Positions 8,862-14,939 of a stretch of DNA of 30,562 bases are shown here, piece by piece. The stretch is from a bacterium (GTDB lineage Bacteria; Bacillota; Clostridia; Oscillospirales; Acutalibacteraceae): NCBI GenBank assembly GCA_963657025.1, contig CAVKLS010000001.1:2529-33090 (forward strand), given 5' to 3'. Below the pieces are notes generated by a model. It saw nothing but the letters and a program-made list of their open reading frames with translations. It was not told the DNA's origin and made no database searches. The translations under genes and the position numbers were made by a program. Numbering within the stretch: position 1 is the stretch's first letter; each line of letters starts with the position of its first letter.

Positions 8862-9059
8862 ATGACACTTTTTAAGAAATGGTTTAAGAAAGAAGTAAGA
8901 CCTAGTTTTGGTCAGTGTGATGAATGCCACAGATGGGTTGAATCACCATCTTATGTTAAACACTACACGGCAAGCCGTTATACAGTACGCCAGCTATGCC
9001 CAGAGTGTGCCGTCAAAGCTATAAAAGATTTTGGAGTGCCCGAGGAGGATTTAAAATGA
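8862..9059 (+). CDS. Small zinc-finger-like protein
   Basis: CDEC...LCPEC pair; GGAGGT RBS. Confidence 0.7.
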   Translation: MTLFKKWFKKEVRPSFGQCDECHRWVESPSYVKHYTASRYTVRQLCPECAVKAIKDFGVPEEDLK

Positions 9060-9361
9060 AAACAGCATTTATATCACAGCCGATGGCGAATAAGTCCCAC
9101 GAAGAAATCAAAGAAACAAGACAGCTTGCAGAGAATGATTTAAAAATTTACGGATATACAGTTGTAGATTCATTGCTCTATACACCGATTGAAACCACTA
9201 AACATAAATCTTTAAGATGTCTTGCGGAATCTTTATCCCTGATGAGCAAATGCGACACTGTTTACTTCTGCAAAGGTTGGAAACAAGCAAGAGGTTGCAA
9301 GATAGAACACGAAGCGGCGAAAGCTTACGGATTGGAAATAATTTATGAGGAGGATAAATAA
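9056..9361 (+). CDS. DUF4406-like / nucleoside 2-deoxyribosyltransferase-fold protein
   Basis: FISQPM...CDTVYFCKGWKQARGCKIEH; GAGGAGG RBS and ATGA overlap support start 9056. Confidence 0.8.
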   Translation: MKTAFISQPMANKSHEEIKETRQLAENDLKIYGYTVVDSLLYTPIETTKHKSLRCLAESLSLMSKCDTVYFCKGWKQARGCKIEHEAAKAYGLEIIYEEDK

Positions 9362-9513
9362 TGCAGTTGTCAGAAAAACAGGTAATTTATATACAAACTT
9401 GTATGAAGTGCTTTGAACATGAGAACTTTATCATTGATACCGATGAAATCAAAACAATTTCTGCCGAGAAGTTTGTCAACAGATTAAAGGAAATTGTAGA
9501 GAAAGACCAGTAG
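9361..9513 (+). CDS. Hypothetical protein (50 aa; not in ORF track)
   Basis: GAGGAGG RBS, TAATG overlap; MQLSEKQVIYIQTCMKCFEHENF...EKDQ*. Confidence 0.65.
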   Translation: MQLSEKQVIYIQTCMKCFEHENFIIDTDEIKTISAEKFVNRLKEIVEKDQ

Positions 9514-9515
9514 CC

Positions 9516-9624
9516 GGGTAGACGGGGTAGACGAAAATCACTTTTTGCGTGTAACTTCTCTTAGTACGCGCGTATTATGCAAAAGTTATACGAAAAAACC
9601 GTATTTCATCTACCCTATCTACCC
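9516..9624. repeat. Large imperfect inverted repeat, candidate replication origin
   Basis: 42-bp arms 9516-9557 and 9583-9624 (33/42 identical), each with two GGGTAGA units; central palindrome TACGCGCGTA 9565-9574; downstream of primase-helicase. Confidence 0.7.
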
Positions 9625-9672
9625 ACTAAAACAATTGTTCGTTTATTGTGATATATCAAACACGATGTAAAA

Positions 9673-9718
9673 TAGGAGTCTGTGTGGGCGTATTTTTGTA
9701 GGAGTCTGTACGGGCGCA
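9673..9718 (+). repeat. Two 20-bp direct repeats upstream of terS
   Basis: TAGGAGTCTGTGTGGGCGTA (9673-9692) and TAGGAGTCTGTACGGGCGCA (9699-9718). Confidence 0.75.
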
Positions 9719-9739
9719 CGCAGGAGAGGAGGTGAGACA

Positions 9740-10306
9740 ATGGCTAGACAAAAAGACATGAGAAAAAATAATAATCCGACTGGTAGTAAGACTATGAACA
9801 TTGAAAAAGCGTTCAAAGGTGATAGGTCTGAAATCGGTAAAATTTTGAATAATTCTTTTTATTGGTTCAATTATCCTATCGTCAAGACTGATGAAGAGTG
9901 TGCAGAAAGACTTAACGAATTCTTCAAAAGATGTGCTGATAACAACGAGTTACCGACTGTCGAGAAGATGTGTCTTGCTTTGGGAACGGTTAGAAATACT
10001 GTGTGGCAATGGGAGACAGGAGTCATAAATGTATCGCAAGAGAGGAAGAACCTAATCAAAAAAGCGAAGGAAATAATCTCTGCAATGGACGCCGAATTAG
10101 CCGCCACAGGCAAGATTCCAGTGCCGACATATATCTTCCGAGCTAAGAACTACTACGGCATGAGAGACGACCCACAGGTAGTTGTTCAAGTCAACGATAA
10201 TTCGGAGAAGGTGGATATCGAGGATATCAAAAAACGATATCTGACAGACTCACCGCCAACGACTATTGAAACGACTGCAACCGAGACGAAAGAGACAAAA
10301 GAATAA
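9740..10306 (+). CDS. terS: Terminase small subunit
   Basis: PTVEKMCLALGTVRNTVWQWE HTH and IFRAKNYYGMRD motif typical of one TerS family; GGAGGTG RBS. Confidence 0.8.
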   Translation: MARQKDMRKNNNPTGSKTMNIEKAFKGDRSEIGKILNNSFYWFNYPIVKTDEECAERLNEFFKRCADNNELPTVEKMCLALGTVRNTVWQWETGVINVSQERKNLIKKAKEIISAMDAELAATGKIPVPTYIFRAKNYYGMRDDPQVVVQVNDNSEKVDIEDIKKRYLTDSPPTTIETTATETKETKE

Positions 10307-10444
10307 GAGAATAGCCCTCACGACTTTTGAGCCGTGGGGGCTTTCTTTTTGCGTACATACGACTTTGAGACTTTCTGCCGAAGCGAACGACTCTACGACT
10401 TTCAGCGACTATCAAACGACTTTCGACTATCGACTTTTACGACT
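10260..10444. repeat. Cluster of 11 CGACT pentamers
   Basis: CGACT starts at 10260, 10272, 10321, 10360, 10388, 10396, 10406, 10417, 10424, 10431, 10440. Confidence 0.85.
10313..10350 (+). terminator. Intrinsic terminator after terS
   Basis: AGCCCTCACG...CGTGGGGGCT stem followed by TTCTTTTT. Confidence 0.8.
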
Positions 10445-10652
10445 GCTGTTCGTCTGGTTCATAGCGGAGGAAATCCCCGGGCTGGCACTCGAGAAGTCGA
10501 CACACCGTTTGAATGTTCGTCCAGCTGATGGGTTTGTTGTGTCTGAAGGCTTGTAGTGTGCTTTCAGATAATAGCTTCTCTGTTCTTATTCGATTTGTGT
10601 TGTATCCCTTATCTTTAAGGGCTTGTAAAACATTAATAGTATATATAAGCAT
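10437..10652 (-). CDS. Cro/C1-type (XRE-like) HTH regulator
   Basis: LLSESTLQAFRHNKPISWTNIQTVCRLLECQPGDFL; GAGGTGG RBS on minus strand. Confidence 0.85.
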   Translation of the reverse strand: MLIYTINVLQALKDKGYNTNRIRTEKLLSESTLQAFRHNKPISWTNIQTVCRLLECQPGDFLRYEPDEQQS

Positions 10653-10684
10653 TGTACCACCTCAATATTAAATGTAATCGATTA

Positions 10685-10718
10685 ATAATATCATATTGTT
10701 TACACGATATCAAGAGTA
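10685..10718 (-). promoter_or_regulatory. Leftward sigma-A promoter for the HTH gene with overlapping operator
   Basis: Minus strand TTGATA-N17-TATTAT (10713..10685); operator-like TACACGA-N4-AAGAGTA at 10701-10718. Confidence 0.65.
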
Positions 10719-10782
10719 AAACTATACAAAAATATCGCATTTGCTTTGTTTATTGTTACACGAAAAATAATTCAAAAAGTTA

Positions 10783-10811
10783 TTGACACTACTCGAATAA
10801 TCGTGTACAAT
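10783..10811 (+). promoter_or_regulatory. Rightward sigma-A promoter with operator in spacer
   Basis: TTGACA-N17-TACAAT; palindrome TACTCGA-ATAA-TCGTGTA at 10790-10807. Confidence 0.8.
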
Positions 10812-10895
10812 ATAATCACAGTCAAGGACAAACACCTTGATAACGAACACGGCGGCAACAAAAGCAAGTAAAAACCGAGTGGGAAAGGAGTTATA

Positions 10896-11018
10896 ATGTT
10901 TGATATGCTACGAACTGAAATTAAAGTTATTCTTAAATCGTGGATTGAATTAATCAAACGGTGTGAGAGTATAGAAAAAGCCGTTGAATTATTAGAAACA
11001 ATCTTAGAAGTACTCTAA
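10896..11018 (+). CDS. 40-aa amphipathic micro-protein (not in ORF track)
   Basis: GAAAGGAG RBS; MFDMLRTEIKVILKSWIELIKRCESIEKAVELLETILEVL*; own promoter. Confidence 0.75.
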   Translation: MFDMLRTEIKVILKSWIELIKRCESIEKAVELLETILEVL

Positions 11019-11085
11019 CAATCCAACGACAACGGGATAATATAGCCGTTATATCTTGCTTGCCCACGGTTATGTTATCACCGAT

Positions 11086-11114
11086 ATAATATCATCAAGG
11101 CAAGAGAAAAGCAA
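11086..11114 (-). promoter_or_regulatory. Convergent (antisense) promoter facing the 40-aa ORF
   Basis: Minus strand TTGCTT-N17-TATTAT with TG extension; no convincing minus-strand gene follows closely. Confidence 0.5.
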
Positions 11115-11187
11115 TAGGCAAGCGGAAATAATTTCAAGTGTGTAAATACTTAAAAGTAAATACACACTGAAAAAAGATGGATTAAAG

Positions 11188-11263
11188 ACTAAAAATATTT
11201 TGTGAAAAGGTATTGACAACTAAAAATAATTAGTATATAATGAAGTCACAAAAGAAATTTAGT
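11188..11263 (+). promoter_or_regulatory. Consensus sigma-A promoter with three operator-like palindromes
   Basis: TTGACA-N17-TATAAT (11213-11241); ACWAA-N6-TTWGT at 11188, 11219, 11248. Confidence 0.85.
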
Positions 11264-11302
11264 GCTAAATTAAACAATAAACAATAAAGTGAGGTAACCA
11301 TT

Positions 11303-11833
11303 ATGAAAAATTATTTAGAGAAGTACAATTATAGTAGGGTAGAAATGGAAAAAATAATTGAAAGGGATGACCGGCGCTATAAAGAAGCTTTGGCAGCTAT
11401 CCCGGTTATAATTAACGAATTCGGCAAATATACCGGCAGACGATACGGCGCTAGAACTAAAGAAAAAATAGCCGAGTCTATCAAAGAAAAAACAGGATTG
11501 ACAATGTATATTGACCAATGGACTTATAATGATGATATAATTGTTTATAATTACGATTGGCACAATTATAATGATAAGGTCATTATACAGCTTAAAAACC
11601 CACTAGTAGGTGGCGGCGCTCACGTGTTGATTGATAACGTTATTCAAGACTTGTCAGATGTATATTTTGATATTGCTAATGTTCACATGACAGCCGCAAC
11701 CGACGAGACCTTAGACGGGCTGGAACACCTGTTACATCGATACGCCGAACTTGAAGAGTCTATTAGAAGCGTATGCAAGGCGTATAATGAATTGAAGCCG
11801 TCCAGCGCTAGAGGATTATATTATAACGGCTAA
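11303..11833 (+). CDS. Hypothetical protein (176 aa), AT-rich accessory gene
   Basis: GAGGT RBS, dedicated consensus promoter; no recognised domain. Confidence 0.8.
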   Translation: MKNYLEKYNYSRVEMEKIIERDDRRYKEALAAIPVIINEFGKYTGRRYGARTKEKIAESIKEKTGLTMYIDQWTYNDDIIVYNYDWHNYNDKVIIQLKNPLVGGGAHVLIDNVIQDLSDVYFDIANVHMTAATDETLDGLEHLLHRYAELEESIRSVCKAYNELKPSSARGLYYNG

Positions 11834-11846
11834 AACAAAATAAAGC

Positions 11847-11875
11847 TTGACATTTTCCATCGTTCTATCTATCAT
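11847..11875 (+). promoter_or_regulatory. Sigma-A promoter for the 26-aa peptide gene
   Basis: TTGACA-N17-TATCAT. Confidence 0.7.
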
Positions 11876-11895
11876 CAAATAAAGGGGGCTTATAT

Positions 11896-11976
11896 ATGTG
11901 CTTTTTAAAATTAATGTTCGGTGGTCCGCTGTTGCTTCTGGGTATCATCTTCAACAGCTCAAAAAAATATAAATGA
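11896..11976 (+). CDS. 26-aa hydrophobic peptide with basic tail (not in ORF track)
   Basis: AAAGGGGG RBS; MCFLKLMFGGPLLLLGIIFNSSKKYK*; flanked by promoter and terminator. Confidence 0.65.
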   Translation: MCFLKLMFGGPLLLLGIIFNSSKKYK

Positions 11977-11982
11977 GATTAA

Positions 11983-12010
11983 AGCCCCGATTTTATCGGG
12001 GCTCTTTTTT
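11983..12010 (+). terminator. Intrinsic terminator
   Basis: AGCCCCGA-TTTTA-TCGGGGCT followed by CTTTTTT. Confidence 0.9.
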
Positions 12011-12021
12011 GCCCTTTTCCC

Positions 12022-12139
12022 GATATGCTGTTTACAAGCGTTTTAAAGCCCTTTAAGGGCTTTTCTTTTTGCCTATGAAAACTCATTGCTTAAAGTCTAA
12101 CCGCTCTAAAAACCGCCTTAAAATCAAAGTATGAACGTT
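12022..12139 (-). repeat. ~120-bp structured element, copy B (inverted relative to 6247-6366)
   Basis: Reverse complement shares GATTTTAAGGC, TAAGYAATGARTTTWCAT and CTTTAAAACGCT blocks at near-identical spacing with copy A. Confidence 0.75.
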
Positions 12140-12152
12140 TCAAATGGTTTAC

Positions 12153-12275
12153 ACCGCCACGGGGTACAGATTGAGAACGGCGGGGCGGCGGTCTTCCGTG
12201 TCTGAAGCCGTCCGAGGGGATACCCCCCGGAGGGGGAAACGGGCACCCGCTCAGGCGGTCGGAATACCTGTCTGA
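12153..12275. other. GC-rich non-coding patch, candidate packaging (pac/end) signal
   Basis: Abrupt GC-rich stretch with GGGGATACCCCCCGGAGGGGG inside an AT-rich island between terS and terL. Confidence 0.35.
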
Positions 12276-12304
12276 ATATCTGAAAAAATAAAAAAGATTG
12301 GCTA

Positions 12305-12333
12305 TTGACATTTCATTAAAAACAGACTATACT
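12305..12333 (+). promoter_or_regulatory. Sigma-A promoter of HTH-resolvase operon
   Basis: TTGACA-N17-TATACT. Confidence 0.8.
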
Positions 12334-12368
12334 GTTATTAACAGGTAAACATGTTAGGAGAAAACACA

Positions 12369-12620
12369 ATGACAGCTAAAGAAATAATCGTCGAAGCAAT
12401 GAAAGTAAGAGGATACAATCAGACAATGCTTGCAAAAGAAGCGGGACTGAAAAGACAGTCTAATGTCAGTGAAATGCTCAGAGGTAAGAGTATGCGAGTC
12501 GATAACTTTGTATTGTTGCTTGACAGCATGAATTTTGATATAATAATAAAAGACCGAAACGGAGCTAACAGCACAAAGTGGGTGCTTGAAAACGCTGTGT
12601 CCGAGGACGAACCGAAATGA
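12369..12620 (+). CDS. XRE-family HTH protein
   Basis: GYNQTMLAKEAGLKRQSNVSEMLR; AGGAG RBS favours ATG 12369. Confidence 0.8.
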   Translation: MTAKEIIVEAMKVRGYNQTMLAKEAGLKRQSNVSEMLRGKSMRVDNFVLLLDSMNFDIIIKDRNGANSTKWVLENAVSEDEPK

Positions 12621-13195
12621 TTTACGGTTACGCAAGAGTGAGCACCAAAGGACAGGCGAAAGACGGAAACAGTCTCGAGTATCAAACGAGGGTGTTGGAG
12701 GAAGCAGGAGCGGAGAGAATATTCTGTGACAGCTTTACGGGAACGAAGATAGACAGACCCGAGTTTGATAAGCTGAAATCTTGTTTGGTAAGCGGAGACA
12801 AGCTGATAGTGACGAAGCTTGACCGACTGGCAAGGAGTGCGGCACAGGGCAGTGAATTAATCGAGAGCCTGATTAAAGACGGTGTAACGGTGCACATACT
12901 CAATATGGGAGTGATGGATAATACGCCGACAGGAAAGTTAATAAGAACAATAATGTTAGGATTTGCCGAGTTCGAGAGGGATATGATAGTCCAAAGAACG
13001 CAAGAGGGCAAAGAGGTTGCAAGGAGCAAAGGTATCAGAGTAGACGGAAGACCGAAGCTGAAAATACAAAAAGAGCTTGCCGAAAAAATTCTCGAAAAAC
13101 AAAAAAGGGGAGAAATGACGGTAGACGATTGTATCAAGCAGTTGGGAGTAAGTCGGAGTTACTGGTACAAGGTTGTTGCAAAAGGATTGATGTAA
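12617..13195 (+). CDS. Small serine recombinase (resolvase/invertase family)
   Basis: YGYARVSTKGQ catalytic Ser motif, VTKLDRLARS, FAEFERDMIVQRTQEG, GRP and C-terminal HTH. Confidence 0.95.
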   Translation: MIYGYARVSTKGQAKDGNSLEYQTRVLEEAGAERIFCDSFTGTKIDRPEFDKLKSCLVSGDKLIVTKLDRLARSAAQGSELIESLIKDGVTVHILNMGVMDNTPTGKLIRTIMLGFAEFERDMIVQRTQEGKEVARSKGIRVDGRPKLKIQKELAEKILEKQKRGEMTVDDCIKQLGVSRSYWYKVVAKGLM

Positions 13196-13236
13196 AGTGC
13201 GTTATCGCAAGTAAAAAGGCGGTAGCGTGCTTTTTT
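13194..13236 (+). terminator. G:U-rich terminator-like hairpin directly before terL
   Basis: AAAGTGCGTTATCGC / GCGGTAGCGTGCTTT stem running into TTTTTT. Confidence 0.65.
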
Positions 13237-13251
13237 GTTATGGAGGTTTAT

Positions 13252-14895
13252 ATGAATTTAACAGACGAGATAATGAGTAAAATCAAGGTTGGGAATGAGA
13301 TATATTTTGATTTTCAGCCGTACGAGGATATGTATTTAATTGCAAAGGAGAAAATAAAAGAGGGCGATAAATACGCATTTGAGAGATTGAAAGAAGTCTC
13401 GGAGATAATAATCAACCACATAGGGGAGTTTAAGGACGGCGATATAAGAAGAGTATGGGAGCTGCACAAGAAGATTTTGCTAACACTGGCGAGAAATGAT
13501 TTTGACAGTTTTCTCTTGTATATCGAGTGGAACAGAGAGCCGAAGTCAAAGTTTTATGTTCCGAGAAGAAAGCAGCTGTTGCCGCTGGTGGAAGCACTGC
13601 AAGACTTAGAGGACGATAACTTAGACTTGCTTGCAATATCAATGCCACCCGGAACAGGAAAGAGTACGCTTGCGATATTTTATTTAACTTGGATATCGGG
13701 AAGGCATCCGAACGAGCCGAACTTAGGCGGTTCTCACTCCAACAGCTTTTTGAGGGGCGTATATGATGAGTGCTTGAGAATAATCACGGGAAACGGCGGC
13801 GAATATCTGTGGGGAGATGTTTTTCCTGAGGTGAAGCTGAAGAACACAAACGCAAAGGACATGAGAATAGACCTTGATAAGCCGCAGAGATTTGAAACGC
13901 TGGAGTTTTCATCTATCGGTTCGGGCAATGCGGGTAAAGTGCGTGCAATGAGATTGCTTTATTGTGATGACTTGGTAGACGGAATAGAAACGGCGATGTC
14001 GGCGGAAAGATTAAATAAACTCTGGCAGCAGTACACAACGGATTTAAGACAGAGAAAGATAGGCAAGTGTAAAGAGCTGCATATCGCCACAAGGTGGAGC
14101 GTGCACGATGTTATCGGAAGACTCGAAAGACAGTACCGAGACAATCCGAGGTGTAAGTTTATTGTTTGTGCGGCACTGGATGAGAATGACGAAAGCAATT
14201 TTGACTATCCTTGCGAGGGCGGATTCACCACGCAGATGCTGAGAGAACAGCGTGACATTATGGACGAAGTCTCTTGGAGAGCCCTGTTTATGAATGAGCC
14301 GATAGAAAGAGAAGGCTTGCTGTATCACGAGGACGAATTAAGAAGATACTTTGAATTGCCTGATTCAGAGCCCGACGCCGTTATAGCAGTGTGCGATACC
14401 AAAGACCGAGGAAGCGACTACTGCGTTTTGCCTGTTGCATACGTTTACGGCAATGATTATTACATTGCCGATTGTATATGCGATAACGGAAATCCTGAAA
14501 TAATAGATGTGAGGATATGGCAGGCACTTGTAAACAACCGTGTGCAGATGGCAAGGTTTGAGTCTAACTCAGCGGGCGGCAGAGTGGCAAAGGATGCACA
14601 GACAGCGGTAAACGAACACGGCGGTATCTGTAAAATCACAACCAAATTCACAACGGCAAACAAGGAAACTAAGATTGTTACCAACTCACCGTTTGTCAAA
14701 GAACATTTTCTTTTCAAGGACAAGAGTCTGTATAAGCCAAACACGGACTACGGAAAGATGATGACAATGCTGTGTGGTTACACAATGGCGGGTAAAAACA
14801 AGCACGATGACGTCCCTGATGCAATGGCAATGTTATCAGATTATGCTCAGAGTTTCGGCAGACAGGAAGTCAGAGTATTTAACAGACCTTTTTGA
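13252..14895 (+). CDS. terL: Terminase large subunit
   Basis: Walker A SMPPGTGKS, Walker B LLYCDD, ATRW coupling motif, nuclease HDDVPDA; GGAGGT RBS supports ATG 13252. Confidence 0.95.
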   Translation: MNLTDEIMSKIKVGNEIYFDFQPYEDMYLIAKEKIKEGDKYAFERLKEVSEIIINHIGEFKDGDIRRVWELHKKILLTLARNDFDSFLLYIEWNREPKSKFYVPRRKQLLPLVEALQDLEDDNLDLLAISMPPGTGKSTLAIFYLTWISGRHPNEPNLGGSHSNSFLRGVYDECLRIITGNGGEYLWGDVFPEVKLKNTNAKDMRIDLDKPQRFETLEFSSIGSGNAGKVRAMRLLYCDDLVDGIETAMSAERLNKLWQQYTTDLRQRKIGKCKELHIATRWSVHDVIGRLERQYRDNPRCKFIVCAALDENDESNFDYPCEGGFTTQMLREQRDIMDEVSWRALFMNEPIEREGLLYHEDELRRYFELPDSEPDAVIAVCDTKDRGSDYCVLPVAYVYGNDYYIADCICDNGNPEIIDVRIWQALVNNRVQMARFESNSAGGRVAKDAQTAVNEHGGICKITTKFTTANKETKIVTNSPFVKEHFLFKDKSLYKPNTDYGKMMTMLCGYTMAGKNKHDDVPDAMAMLSDYAQSFGRQEVRVFNRPF

Positions 14896-14904
14896 CAAGA
14901 TAAT

Positions 14905-14933
14905 TTGACAAGTGATGACAAATATGGTATAAT
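14905..14933 (+). promoter_or_regulatory. Consensus sigma-A promoter with extended -10
   Basis: TTGACA-N17-TATAAT with TG; embedded among four GACAA repeats. Confidence 0.85.
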
Positions 14934-14939
14934 TAAGAC

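Noticed and set aside
10360..10444. CRISPR-like array
   Set aside because: Repeats are 5-7 nt with very short irregular gaps; no repeat-spacer architecture.
10266..10556. Plus-strand ORFs 10266..10556 and 10334..10528
   Set aside because: They cross a terminator and the CGACT array, overlap the better minus-strand HTH gene, and lack a convincing RBS.
12090..12311. Minus-strand 73-aa ORF
   Set aside because: Pro/Arg/Gly-rich translation of the GC-rich patch, overlapping a promoter; no RBS.
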